64,000 nucleotides of DNA, taken from Flavobacteriaceae bacterium. Its GTDB lineage: Bacteria > Bacteroidota > Bacteroidia > Flavobacteriales > Flavobacteriaceae. Positions 42,698 to 53,068 of the stretch are shown piece by piece (position 1 is the stretch's first letter; every line of letters begins with the position of its first letter). The notes beneath the pieces were generated by a model that made no database searches, had not been told where the DNA came from, and worked only from the letters and a program-made list of their open reading frames with translations. A program made the position numbers and the translations under genes. The stretch spans positions 2,549-66,548 of the forward strand of contig SHWW01000001.1 of NCBI GenBank assembly GCA_009693635.1. Direction: 5' to 3'.

Positions 42698-43035
42698 ATG
42701 CTAATTTCAGCAAACTTTACATTACTGAAAAAAGTTTATCAAAAATTCAAACTCTTTGATGATAAAGAACAAGTATTTCATAAAGTAGTTGTTCTATACG
42801 ATTTGGATATTGTAAACCATGTCAACAAATAAAAGTATTTAGAATGGAGTTTGGATTTTGTACCATCAGAATTGATTCTAAATCAAAGAATTGATAGTTT
42901 TGAAATGAATTTTATCAAGGAATTGTATTTGAATGATTCTTTAAAATTTAAGAAAGTGTAATCGAGAATAAACTCATTTTCAGAGTTACAAAAGAAGATA
43001 AAAAGAGTTTTGCTTTAGAGATAATTTGAAAATAA
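42698..43035 (+). pseudogene. Decayed acyl-ACP thioesterase gene
   Basis: MLISANFT... joined to DLDIVNHVNK*KYLEWSLD...FEMNFIKEL; DLDxxxHVNNxKYxxW is the acyl-ACP thioesterase catalytic motif; internal deletion, stops and a frameshift. Confidence 0.8.
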
Positions 43036-43061
43036 AAAAGCTCCGATTTCTCGGAGCTTTT
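43036..43061. terminator. Bidirectional intrinsic terminator
   Basis: AAAAGCTCCGA-TTTC-TCGGAGCTTTT between convergent units. Confidence 0.85.
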
Positions 43062-43067
43062 CGCAAT

Positions 43068-43796
43068 TTATAGAGGTTCTAAAGTAGAAACTTTATTTTT
43101 AATGACTAATCTAAAACCTTCACCGTGAATGTTAAGTATTTCAACATTTATATCCAATTTTAAATATTTTCTTAGTTTAGCAATATAAACATCCATACTT
43201 CTTGAAGTGAAATAATTATCATCCCTCCAAATTTTTGTTAAAGCTAACTCTCTTGGCATCAAATCATTTTCATAAAGAACTAATAATTTTAATAATTCAT
43301 TTTCTTTTGGAGAAAGTTTAATTGGCTCATCATTTTTGAATGTCAAGAAACGTAATTTAGAATTTAAGTGAAAATTTCCAACTATGAATTCAAATTTAGT
43401 TACATCTGTTTTTGTATCTGAAGATTTTCTTTGAATAATAGCCCTGATTTTCATTAACAAGACCTCTGAATCAAATGGTTTATTCAAGTAATCATCAGCA
43501 CCAACTTTATAACCTTTAAGCACATCTTCTTTCATAGATTTTGCTGTTAAGAAAATAATTGGTACCTCTTTATTTTTTTCTCTTATTTCTTTGGCAAGAG
43601 TATAACCATCTTTGTAAGGCATCATAACATCTAAAATACACAAATCATAAGTGTCTTTTTTGAACTTTTCAAAACCTTCCATTCCATTTTTTGCCAATGT
43701 AACATCAAAATCATTTAGCATTAAATAGTCCTTTAAAATAGATCCGAAATTTTGATCGTCTTCTACTAAAAGAACTTTTTTGTTGTCTGTTTCCAT
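43068..43796 (-). CDS. OmpR/PhoB family response regulator (RprY-like)
   Basis: REC domain (VEDD, LDVMMP, KPF) plus winged helix (SRSMDVYIAKLRK, HGEGFRL). Confidence 0.92.
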   Translation of the reverse strand: METDNKKVLLVEDDQNFGSILKDYLMLNDFDVTLAKNGMEGFEKFKKDTYDLCILDVMMPYKDGYTLAKEIREKNKEVPIIFLTAKSMKEDVLKGYKVGADDYLNKPFDSEVLLMKIRAIIQRKSSDTKTDVTKFEFIVGNFHLNSKLRFLTFKNDEPIKLSPKENELLKLLVLYENDLMPRELALTKIWRDDNYFTSRSMDVYIAKLRKYLKLDINVEILNIHGEGFRLVIKNKVSTLEPL

Positions 43797-43801
43797 AATA
43801 A

Positions 43802-45385
43802 TTAATTAATTAGTGGTAATTTTATAATAAATGTACTTCCCTTTCCTTTTTCGCTTTCCACATAAACTTCGCCATTGTGATCTTCAATAATCCGTTTCAC
43901 GTAGGACAAACCAAGACCATGTCCTTTAACATTATGCAAATCTCCTGTATGTTCTCGATAGAATTTTTCAAAAATTCTCTTTTGAGCTACTTTAGTCATT
44001 CCTGCTCCCTGATCTTTGATTTTGATAATTACAAAATCTTTTACGTTCTCTGTATAAATCTCTATAACGGGAATTTCAGGCGAATATTTGATCGCATTAT
44101 CTAAAATATTAACTAACACATTTGTAAAATGAACATCATTTAGAAGAACAGTTGTTCTGTTTGCATCAAAATGCTTAGTAATTGATCCTTGTCTATTTTC
44201 AATAATTAAATTAACATGTTCTAAAGCTTCATCAATTATCTCATGAATGTTATTAGATTCTTTATTAATATTTAACTCTCTCTTTTCTAATTTTGAAATT
44301 CGAAGAACATTTTCAACTTGGGCATGCATTCGTTTATTTTCATCCCTAATCATTTTGAGATACCGATGAACTTTCTCCTTATCGTCAATAATTTTAGGAT
44401 TTTTTATAGCATCCAAAGCTAAATTTATTGTTGCAATCGGTGTTTTAAACTCGTGTGTCATATTATTAATGAAATCTGTTTTAATTTCTGAAATCTGACG
44501 CTGGCGAATCAATTGATTTAACGCACTCGAATATGCAATTATTATTATTAACGTAAAAATTATCGATAAAACTGTAATTCCTAACAATTCGGAAAATAAA
44601 AATTTCTTTTTGTGAGGAAAACTTACCAATAATTGATAGGTATTAGTTCCCTCATTATCCTTAAAAACCAGAATAGAATAAGTATTGTTTTTATCGTACT
44701 TAAATTTTTCAGATTTAATTTTTGTAGCTAAACCATTACTATAAATTCCATATTCAAAAGGTGTTTTAACACCAAATTCATCCAACTCATTTGACAATAA
44801 TTTACGAATTGCTTCAGGTGAAACCCTTTCTTCAATTGGCATTGTTATTGCAATATCTTTGAAAAAAATTTCAAATTGTACATTATCTAAAATATCTAAA
44901 TTTCCTGATTTTTGCGTCTTTGAATCTGGAATTAAATTATTTTGAACAGATGAATTATCAATTTTATTGTTATTATAAACCTCTGTTATTCTTTTTGATG
45001 AGAAATTTTTTAACTTAACACTATCCGTTTTCTTATTAAAAAAAGAGGATGACATCGAATAATCTTCAGCAATAATAGTATTCGAATAAATTATAGTCTC
45101 ATTTGTTCTTGTGTTTTTTTGAACATAATAAAACTCTAATAAATCTTTCTTTTGAGGCGCTTTTCCTGTACTGTCTTTATACTTATTGTATTTATTGTAA
45201 AAACTATATACTTCTTGCTTTTGCAATTTATTAGAAACGTTTCCAATAGCTTGCTGAACGTGAAAACGAAATTGCTCATCGTTATTTTGAAATGAAGAAT
45301 TGAACCAATATACTTGTACCAAAATAATCCCAATTAGAGATAAACTCATCAATACAATTAACAATCGGAAAAATAATTTATTCAT
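43802..45385 (-). CDS. Sensor histidine kinase (RprX-like)
   Basis: Two TM segments, H-box MTHEFKTP, NILDNAIKY, DQGAG, GHGLGL. Confidence 0.93.
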   Translation of the reverse strand: MNKLFFRLLIVLMSLSLIGIILVQVYWFNSSFQNNDEQFRFHVQQAIGNVSNKLQKQEVYSFYNKYNKYKDSTGKAPQKKDLLEFYYVQKNTRTNETIIYSNTIIAEDYSMSSSFFNKKTDSVKLKNFSSKRITEVYNNNKIDNSSVQNNLIPDSKTQKSGNLDILDNVQFEIFFKDIAITMPIEERVSPEAIRKLLSNELDEFGVKTPFEYGIYSNGLATKIKSEKFKYDKNNTYSILVFKDNEGTNTYQLLVSFPHKKKFLFSELLGITVLSIIFTLIIIIAYSSALNQLIRQRQISEIKTDFINNMTHEFKTPIATINLALDAIKNPKIIDDKEKVHRYLKMIRDENKRMHAQVENVLRISKLEKRELNINKESNNIHEIIDEALEHVNLIIENRQGSITKHFDANRTTVLLNDVHFTNVLVNILDNAIKYSPEIPVIEIYTENVKDFVIIKIKDQGAGMTKVAQKRIFEKFYREHTGDLHNVKGHGLGLSYVKRIIEDHNGEVYVESEKGKGSTFIIKLPLIN

Positions 45386-45456
45386 CTTGACAAATTTAAC
45401 ATTTTAACACTTATTTCATTAATACATTAACCAAATATTAACAAATGACCTGTTAA

Positions 45457-46044
45457 TTATTGATTTGATAATTTTTTAAGTATATTTTCAGTTTGTTCAA
45501 ATGCAATATTAACATTATTATTATTTTCAATCACATAATCACTTTTTGAAATCCTCATTTCATCTGTCCATTGATTATTAATACGACTTAAAACGGCTTC
45601 AGAATTTATATTATCTCTTTTCACAATACGATTTATTCGACTATCTAATTGTGCTAAAATTGTAATTACTGCATCGCAATCTTTATAACTTCCGCTTTCA
45701 AATAAAATTGCAGCTTCTTTTACAACCAACGGATGGTTTTTATTCATTTCAAGCCAATTATCAAAATCTATTTTTACAGCTGGGTGTATAATTTGATTTA
45801 ACTGATTTAACATTTCGGGATTGTTAAATACAATAGTTGATAATTTATCTTTATTTAAGGTTTCGTTGTCAAAAATAGAATTACCAAAAACTAATTTTAA
45901 AGAGTTTAATGTTTTAGGCAATAAAAGAATTTTTTTAGCGGCATCATCAGCAATATAAACAGGTATTCCCAACGATTTAATATGTTTTGCAATCGTAGTT
46001 TTTCCGCTTCCAATTCCGCCTGTTAACCCGATTATTTTTGTCAT
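45457..46044 (-). CDS. coaE: Dephospho-CoA kinase
   Basis: IGLTGGIGSGKT, IIHPAV, EAAILFE. Confidence 0.95.
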   Translation of the reverse strand: MTKIIGLTGGIGSGKTTIAKHIKSLGIPVYIADDAAKKILLLPKTLNSLKLVFGNSIFDNETLNKDKLSTIVFNNPEMLNQLNQIIHPAVKIDFDNWLEMNKNHPLVVKEAAILFESGSYKDCDAVITILAQLDSRINRIVKRDNINSEAVLSRINNQWTDEMRISKSDYVIENNNNVNIAFEQTENILKKLSNQ

Positions 46045-47039
46045 AACTTAAAAAATAATTCAGGAAAAGCTACTTCTGGTTTTTGCTTAAGAATAATGAT
46101 TTTAAAAAAAGACTCCATAAATCCTAATCCGTATCCTAAAAATTGCTTCCAAGTTGCACGAACTGCCAAATAGCCAATTATTAAACTCCGGTTTTGAATT
46201 GAGGAAGTTACAAATAATATGAAAAAATAGATGAAATATAATTTTAAAGGTAAATCTTGTGAAAAAATTAAAAGGAAAATCGAAACAAAAAATCCCAATA
46301 TAAATAGTGATGGAAAGAAATAAGTTAATTTATTGTGTTCTGGATACCAGCTATTTAAGATAGGGCGTGCTTTTCCAAATTTATTTACTTGAAGATAAAA
46401 ATTTTCCCAATCAATTCTTCTTTTATGATAAACAAAAGCATTGGGAAATAATTTTGTTTCAAAACCTAAATTCCAAAGTCGTATACATAAATCAGGGTCT
46501 TCTCCAGGATGAATATTTCCAAAACCTCCTGATGCTTGAAATGCTTTTTTAGAAAGTCCCATATTGAAACTTCGGGGCTGAAAATGATCTATTTTTTCTG
46601 AACCGCCTCGAATTCCTCCTGTAGTCAAAAAAGAAGTCATAGAGAAATTTATAGCCCTTTGTATATTTGAAAAAGAAGTTAATGCTTTATCAGGACCACC
46701 AAAACAATCTATATATTGAAGCTTTAGTTGTTTGGAAACTTCTGATAAATAATTATTTGGAATAATACAATCTGAATCGAATATTAGAAAATAATCTCCT
46801 TTTGCTAGGTTCATTCCAAAATTTCTTGAATCACCGGGGCCTGAATTGCATTTCATATAATAAGAAATATTTAATTTACTTTTATATGAATCAACAACAT
46901 TTTCAGAAGGAAAAGAAGAACCATCTTCGACGATTACAACCTCAAAATCTTCTGTAAAATTAGAGTGTGCTAAACTTTCTAAAAGCTCTTTAACTTCTTC
47001 AGGGCGGTTAAAAACAGGAATGATTATAGAAAAATACAT
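46041..47039 (-). CDS. Glycosyltransferase family 2
   Basis: SIIIPVFNR, VEDGS, FDSD, GEDPDL, C-terminal TM helices. Confidence 0.9.
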   Translation of the reverse strand: MYFSIIIPVFNRPEEVKELLESLAHSNFTEDFEVVIVEDGSSFPSENVVDSYKSKLNISYYMKCNSGPGDSRNFGMNLAKGDYFLIFDSDCIIPNNYLSEVSKQLKLQYIDCFGGPDKALTSFSNIQRAINFSMTSFLTTGGIRGGSEKIDHFQPRSFNMGLSKKAFQASGGFGNIHPGEDPDLCIRLWNLGFETKLFPNAFVYHKRRIDWENFYLQVNKFGKARPILNSWYPEHNKLTYFFPSLFILGFFVSIFLLIFSQDLPLKLYFIYFFILFVTSSIQNRSLIIGYLAVRATWKQFLGYGLGFMESFFKIIILKQKPEVAFPELFFKL

Positions 47040-47101
47040 CGTTATTTGAATCTATGTTTATACTTATTATTTAACAAAGATATACTATAAAAATAAAATA
47101 A

Positions 47102-47905
47102 CTAAAACTGGTCCAAAACTTCCTGACTAACTCCCATATTTGAAAATCCACCATCGTTATATAAGTTTTGTAAAGTTACTCGTTTTGTCAAATCAGAAAA
47201 CATAGCAACGGTATAATTGGCACAATCCAATGCCGTTGCATTTCCAAGAGGTGCCATTGCTTCTGAGTAGGAAATAAATTCATCAAATCCTTTAACTCCG
47301 TGACCCGCTTTTGTTGGAGTTGGCGATTGCGAAATAGTATTCACTCTAACCTTTTTATATTTACCAAAGAAATAACCAAAACTACGCGCAATAGATTCTA
47401 AAAATGCTTTATTATCTGCCATATCATTATAATCTGGAAAAACTCGTTGCGATGCCATATAAGTCAATGCAACAATACTCCCCCACTCGTTCATCGCCTC
47501 TTTTTTATATAGCACTTGCATCACTTTATGAAAAGAAACAGCCGAAACATTCCAACCTTTTTCAGTATAATCATAATTCTGATTGGTGTAATGATTTCCT
47601 TTTCTGACATTTACAGACATACCTATCGAATGCAATACAAAATCAATTTTTCCTCCTAAAATTTCAATTGCTTTATCAACTAAATTTTCCAAATCCTCAA
47701 CAGAAGTGGCATCTGCAGGAATAAGCTGTGAATTAGTTTTTTGAGCTAATACATCAATTGTTCCCATTCTAATTGAGGCGGGCGCATTAGTTAAAACAAA
47801 AATACCACCTTCTTCGTGAACTCGCTCTGCAGTTATCCAAGCTATAGAATTTTCATCTAAGGCTCCAAAAATAATTCCTCGTTTCCCCTTTAATAAATTA
47901 TACAT
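47102..47905 (-). CDS. fabI: Enoyl-ACP reductase FabI
   Basis: LKGKRGIIFGALDENSIAW, Y-x6-K (YNDMADNK), VRVNTISQSP. Confidence 0.9.
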   Translation of the reverse strand: MYNLLKGKRGIIFGALDENSIAWITAERVHEEGGIFVLTNAPASIRMGTIDVLAQKTNSQLIPADATSVEDLENLVDKAIEILGGKIDFVLHSIGMSVNVRKGNHYTNQNYDYTEKGWNVSAVSFHKVMQVLYKKEAMNEWGSIVALTYMASQRVFPDYNDMADNKAFLESIARSFGYFFGKYKKVRVNTISQSPTPTKAGHGVKGFDEFISYSEAMAPLGNATALDCANYTVAMFSDLTKRVTLQNLYNDGGFSNMGVSQEVLDQF

Positions 47906-47925
47906 ATCTTAATTATTATTAAAAA

Positions 47926-47974
47926 AGCCACAAATTCAAAGATTATATTTCTAAAAATCATTGAATTTGTGGCT
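47926..47974. repeat. Inverted repeat between fabV and fabI (REP-like element or terminator)
   Basis: AGCCACAAATTCAA...TTGAATTTGTGGCT perfect 14-bp arms; A-run at 47921-47926 gives a U-tail on the minus strand. Confidence 0.7.
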
Positions 47975-47992
47975 AAATATTATTTATTTTTT

Positions 47993-49183
47993 TTATACAA
48001 TACTTGAAACACAAACCATCTCATGTGAATCTACTTCGTAATTTACACCGTTAAATCCAAATCCAAAAAGGTTATGAAAATCTTTTTTATACCCCTCTAA
48101 ATCACCAATTGCAGGTAATGATTCTGTCGTTGATTGCTCCCATAATTTTGCCACTTTTTCTTGAATATCAGCTCTCATTTCCCAATCATCTATTCGAATT
48201 CTTCCGTTTTCATCTGTTGGAATTTCAGTACCTGTATACAACCTTTTTTTATACAATCGTTGAATTTGTTCGATACAACCTTCGTGAATACCTTCTTCTT
48301 TCATTATTTTATACAATAAAGAAATATACAATGGAATAACTGGAATTGCTGAACTTGCTTGTGTTACCAATGCTTTATTTACAGAAACATATGCAGTTCC
48401 ACCGATAGATTTAAGACTGTCAGTAATAGAAAAAGCGGTTGCTTCCAAGTGATCTTTTGCACGTCCTATAGTTCCTTTTCTGTAAACCGCCTCTGTCAAT
48501 GAAGGTCCAATATATGAATAAGCAACTGTTTTTACTCCTGGAGCCAATAAATTAGCAGCTTTTAAATCCTCAATCCACATCGACCAATCTTCTCCACCCA
48601 TAACTGCAACAGTATTAGAAATCTCTTCCTCATTACAAGGCTCAATACTGATATTAGATACAATTCCCGAATGAAAATCAACCGTTTTATTGGTAAATGT
48701 ACTTCCAATTGGTTTCAATACTGAACGATGTAAAATACCCGTATTTGGGTTCATACGAACCGGAGAGGCCAAACTATAAATTATTAAATCAACTTGACCT
48801 AAATCAGATTTTATCAATTCTAATGTTTGTTTTTTTATTTCATTTGAAAAAGCGTCGCCATTGATGCTTTTTGCATACAAACTAGATTCGTGTGCCAATT
48901 TTTCGAATGATGCGGAATTATACCATCCTGGAGAAGCAGTTTTTCCTTCGGAGGGTGGTTTTTCAAAAAAAACTCCTATAGTTGATGCATTTGATCCAAA
49001 AGCACTTGTAATTCTTGATGCCAAACCAAAACCAGTTGATGCGCCAATTACCAAAACTTTTTTGGCTCCGTCAATTGGTCCTTTTGATTTTATATATTCT
49101 ATTTGATTTTTAACACTTTGCTCGCACCCTTTTGGATGTGCTGTCAAGCAAATAAATCCTCTCATTCTTGGTTCTATAATCAT
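47993..49183 (-). CDS. fabV: Enoyl-ACP / trans-2-enoyl-CoA reductase FabV
   Basis: AHPKGC, GASTGFGLASR, YSLASP, VMGGEDW, Y-x8-K (YRKGTIGRAK), TQASSAIP, LFGF. Confidence 0.95.
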   Translation of the reverse strand: MIIEPRMRGFICLTAHPKGCEQSVKNQIEYIKSKGPIDGAKKVLVIGASTGFGLASRITSAFGSNASTIGVFFEKPPSEGKTASPGWYNSASFEKLAHESSLYAKSINGDAFSNEIKKQTLELIKSDLGQVDLIIYSLASPVRMNPNTGILHRSVLKPIGSTFTNKTVDFHSGIVSNISIEPCNEEEISNTVAVMGGEDWSMWIEDLKAANLLAPGVKTVAYSYIGPSLTEAVYRKGTIGRAKDHLEATAFSITDSLKSIGGTAYVSVNKALVTQASSAIPVIPLYISLLYKIMKEEGIHEGCIEQIQRLYKKRLYTGTEIPTDENGRIRIDDWEMRADIQEKVAKLWEQSTTESLPAIGDLEGYKKDFHNLFGFGFNGVNYEVDSHEMVCVSSIV

Positions 49184-49248
49184 TATTGTAGTTTATTCGT
49201 TTAAAAACTTATTGTTGATTTGATTCTTTTGCAAAAGTAAATAAATAT

Positions 49249-50901
49249 TTAATTTAACAATGCTTTTGCGTGATTTAAAGCAGAGTCAGAAATATCTTTT
49301 CCAGATAGCATTTCTGCAATTTCTTCAATTCTTTCTTCAGCGGTAAGCAATTTTAATTCTGAAATCGTACGTTCGCCTTGAATTGATTTAAAAACTTTGT
49401 AATGCACGTTTCCTTTGGCAGCAATTTGTGGTAAATGTGTAATTGAAAATACTTGCATTTTAGCACTCATTTCTTTCATAATATTTCCCATTTTATTAGC
49501 AATTTCTCCAGAAACACCTGTATCAATTTCATCAAAAATTATAGTTGGTAAATTAGAATATTGTGCTAAAATAGATTTTGTAGCCAACATAATTCTAGAT
49601 AATTCTCCTCCAGAAGCTACTTTTTTTAACAATCCAAAATCAGAACCCTTATTTGCTGAAAATAAAAATTGTAATTCATCTTTTCCGTTTGCAAAATAGC
49701 TATTCGATGGTTTTAATTCGATATTAAATCGAACATTTGGCATCCCTAATTGATCCAAAATAAAAATTAATTTTTCTGATAAAACGGGAACAGCTTTCAA
49801 TCGATTTTCTCGAATTATAGTTGCAAAATTATCTACTTCTAAAGTTGTATTCTGAATTTTTGCCGTTAGTTGATTTATTTCAATTTCCAATTCCCCAACT
49901 GAAACTAACTTATTATCCAAATCATTTTGAATTTCTAATAATTCTAAAACAGAAACAACTTGGTGTTTTTTCAGTAAATTATAAATAGTTTGTAATTTCT
50001 GATTGACTAAATCCAATTGTTCAGGATCATTAATCAAATTTTCTGTAAGTTGATTCAATTCATTTGCTATGTCATCAAATTCAATGGAAACACTATTTAT
50101 TCTTTCAAATAAAGATTTATAATGTGAAGAAAAACTGACTGTTTTTTGTAAATAAATTTTTAATTCCTTTAAATTTTGTATAATTCCAAACTGTTCTTCA
50201 TTGGTTAAAGCCAAAGATTTATCAAGACTTTCTTTTATGAATTCAACGTTATTTAATTGTTCATAAATTTGCTCTAATTCTTCTTGTTCGTTTAATTTGA
50301 GCTGTGCCGCAAGCAATTCTTCTAATAAAAAAGTATTGTAATCCTGCTCTTTTAAAACAGATTGAAGTTGCGTATTTAAAATTGTAAGTTGTGATTTATC
50401 TTTTTTAAAAGATTTCAAGATTGATGAATACGAGTTAATTACTTCAAAATTATTAGCAATAGAATCTATAATTTTAAATTGAAAAGTCTCTTCAGAAAGT
50501 TCTTGAGTTTGATATTGAGAATGGATGTCTATCAAATATAAACTCAAATCTTGCAATTTTTGAAGATTTACGGGACTATCATTTATAAAAGCACGCGATT
50601 TTCCAGAAGGCAATATTTCTCTACGAATAATTGTTTCTGACTCGTAATCTAAATCATTGGCTTCAAAAAAAAATTGCAAATTATAATTTGAAATTTGGAA
50701 ATTCGCTTCAATAAAACACTTTTGGTCTTTATTTTTAAGAGATGCTAAATCGGCTCGTTTTCCTAAAACTAATCCTAACGCACCTAATAATATTGATTTT
50801 CCTGCACCAGTTTCACCTGTAATAATTGAAAATCCATCGGAAAAATCAATTCCTAATTTATCAATTAAAGCAAAATTATTAATAGATAGTGAAGTTAGCA
50901 T
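49249..50901 (-). CDS. recN: DNA repair protein RecN
   Basis: TGETGAGKS, coiled coil, ASGGELSR, FDEIDTG, ITHLPQIAA. Confidence 0.96.
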   Translation of the reverse strand: MLTSLSINNFALIDKLGIDFSDGFSIITGETGAGKSILLGALGLVLGKRADLASLKNKDQKCFIEANFQISNYNLQFFFEANDLDYESETIIRREILPSGKSRAFINDSPVNLQKLQDLSLYLIDIHSQYQTQELSEETFQFKIIDSIANNFEVINSYSSILKSFKKDKSQLTILNTQLQSVLKEQDYNTFLLEELLAAQLKLNEQEELEQIYEQLNNVEFIKESLDKSLALTNEEQFGIIQNLKELKIYLQKTVSFSSHYKSLFERINSVSIEFDDIANELNQLTENLINDPEQLDLVNQKLQTIYNLLKKHQVVSVLELLEIQNDLDNKLVSVGELEIEINQLTAKIQNTTLEVDNFATIIRENRLKAVPVLSEKLIFILDQLGMPNVRFNIELKPSNSYFANGKDELQFLFSANKGSDFGLLKKVASGGELSRIMLATKSILAQYSNLPTIIFDEIDTGVSGEIANKMGNIMKEMSAKMQVFSITHLPQIAAKGNVHYKVFKSIQGERTISELKLLTAEERIEEIAEMLSGKDISDSALNHAKALLN

Positions 50902-50940
50902 TTATAATTATTATGTAAAAATTGATCGAATTGTATGTTT

Positions 50941-51831
50941 TTAATACTTAATCCCAGCCCATTTACTTGAATTCAATGGAGAAATAGTATTTAAATTTCC
51001 TATTAAATCTATAAGATCCATAGATGGGCCCGCAGAATAAATAGAAACAATTTCATCCGATTTTGCATCAAAAAACACTCGTGTTAAAAAAGCATTTGGT
51101 CGAGTTTCATTAATTTTTCTGATGGTATTTAAGGCATCTTTGATTTTGAGTTTTGCAGCATTTAAATCTTTATGCATCAAATCCAAGCCTTCAAAATGGT
51201 ATTCATATAAGGCCTCGCGAAAAGGACTAAAAGTGTTAGAAAGCATATCGTTTATTAAAAAATATCGGTTTTGAATTCCATCAGATTGACTCCAACCTTT
51301 GTAACCTCCAGAAATAGCAACGTTGGAAATATCTTGTGCCGTTTCTAAATAATTACTTCCACCCTGTTTTGAAAAAGTATCTCCATCCATACCGATAATT
51401 AAATAACTGTAAAATGCAATCACAGAAATTAAATTGGAATCAAAAATAGAAGGATTAAAAGTCAAATTTTCAAATTCTGTATATCTAAATGAAAAATCTT
51501 TATCATTAAAATTTAAAACAGGCGATGAATAGGTAGAATTATAAATCGGTCTTGAAGATTGCACTTGAATTGTCGCTGTAAATTGATTAGATTCATAAGC
51601 ACTAACGGTAATAAACATTGAACAATTTATTTTTTCTTCTTGTTTGTAAGCGACACCAGTCCAATCTGTTTTGTTAACAAATTCAGTCAAGGATTTTTCT
51701 AATGTTTTAAATATTTGATTATTTGTACTTGTCGCCTTATCCGCATTGACATTAACGGTACAATTTAATTGTTGTGCTTGAACAAATCCAAAAGCTAAAA
51801 ATAAAAATAAACTAAATATATTACGCATCAT
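50941..51831 (-). CDS. porD: DUF4835 family protein (T9SS-associated PorD-like)
   Basis: Signal peptide, QQLNCTVNVN, QSSRPIYNSTY; position between coaBC and recN as recalled for Bacteroidetes. Confidence 0.75.
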   Translation of the reverse strand: MMRNIFSLFLFLAFGFVQAQQLNCTVNVNADKATSTNNQIFKTLEKSLTEFVNKTDWTGVAYKQEEKINCSMFITVSAYESNQFTATIQVQSSRPIYNSTYSSPVLNFNDKDFSFRYTEFENLTFNPSIFDSNLISVIAFYSYLIIGMDGDTFSKQGGSNYLETAQDISNVAISGGYKGWSQSDGIQNRYFLINDMLSNTFSPFREALYEYHFEGLDLMHKDLNAAKLKIKDALNTIRKINETRPNAFLTRVFFDAKSDEIVSIYSAGPSMDLIDLIGNLNTISPLNSSKWAGIKY

Positions 51832-53062
51832 AATGGGCTATTATTTTATTTAAAATGTCATCTGCAACTGCTTCTTTAGATTTTAATTCCATCTTTTCAA
51901 CTTTGAAATCTTTACCAATAAAAGTAACTTTATTTGTTAAACTTCTGAATCCTGAACCTTTGTCTTGTAATGAATTTAGAACTATCAAATCTAAGTTTTT
52001 TTTATGAACTTTCAACTTTGCATTCTCAATTTCATTTTCTGTTTCCAATGCAAATCCAACTAAAAACTGATTTTTTTTAATTGAACCCAATGAAGCCAAT
52101 ATATCTTTTGTTTTTTCTAGTTCAATAGTAAACGAAACTTCTGCTTTTTTTATTTTATTAACAGCACTATTTTTAGGTTTATAATCTGCAACAGCGGCAG
52201 CTCCAATAAAAACATCTGAAGTTTCGAAATATTTATGACTTTCATTATACATATCTTCAGCTGAAACAACTCGAATTAATTGTACTAAATTATTTTCAAT
52301 TGATAAATGGGAAGGTCCAGAAATTAAAATTACAGAAGCTCCAAAATTAGCCGCGCTTTGAGCTAAATCGAAACCCATTTTTCCAGAAGAATGATTACCA
52401 ATAAATCGAACTGGGTCAATAGCTTCATAAGTTGGGCCTGCGGTAATAATTATTTTTTTACCCAATAAAGGTAATTTTCTTTCTAAATCATTTTCTAAAA
52501 ATGCAACAATATTTTCAGGTTCCGACATTCTACCTTCGCCAGAAAGTCCACTTGCTAATTCTCCTATTTCAGCAGGAATTATTATATTTCCATATGATTT
52601 CAATTTAGAAAAACTCGAAATTGTTGACGGATGTTTGTACATATCCAAATCCATTGCTGGTGCAAAATAAACAGGACAATTTGCAGATAAGTAGGTTGCA
52701 ATCAGAATATTATCACAAATTCCGTTTGCCATTTTTGACAACGTATTTGCAGTAGCGGGTGAAATTAGAATCAAATCTGCCCAAAGAGCGATTTCAACGT
52801 GATTATTCCATTCTAAATTTTTATTAGCAGGTTCAAATTGAGAAAATGATTCCTCTTCCTCCTTATAAAAACTGGAAAAAACAGGTCTTTTTGAAAGTGT
52901 TGACAATGTTAAAGGAGTTATAAAATCCTTAGAAGTAGGTGTCATTATCACTTGGACCTGTGCACCTGCTTTTATGAATAGTCGAACTAATGAAGCAGTT
53001 TTATAAGCAGCAATTCCACCAGAAATTCCCAGTACTATTTTTTTACCGCTTAAAACTGACAT
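51821..53062 (-). CDS. coaBC: Phosphopantothenoylcysteine decarboxylase / phosphopantothenate-cysteine ligase
   Basis: GGIAAYK, PATAN, APAMD, TAGPTYEAIDPVRFIGNHSSGKMG, GFALET. Confidence 0.96.
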   Translation of the reverse strand: MSVLSGKKIVLGISGGIAAYKTASLVRLFIKAGAQVQVIMTPTSKDFITPLTLSTLSKRPVFSSFYKEEEESFSQFEPANKNLEWNNHVEIALWADLILISPATANTLSKMANGICDNILIATYLSANCPVYFAPAMDLDMYKHPSTISSFSKLKSYGNIIIPAEIGELASGLSGEGRMSEPENIVAFLENDLERKLPLLGKKIIITAGPTYEAIDPVRFIGNHSSGKMGFDLAQSAANFGASVILISGPSHLSIENNLVQLIRVVSAEDMYNESHKYFETSDVFIGAAAVADYKPKNSAVNKIKKAEVSFTIELEKTKDILASLGSIKKNQFLVGFALETENEIENAKLKVHKKNLDLIVLNSLQDKGSGFRSLTNKVTFIGKDFKVEKMELKSKEAVADDILNKIIAHYDA

Positions 53063-53068
53063 TATATC

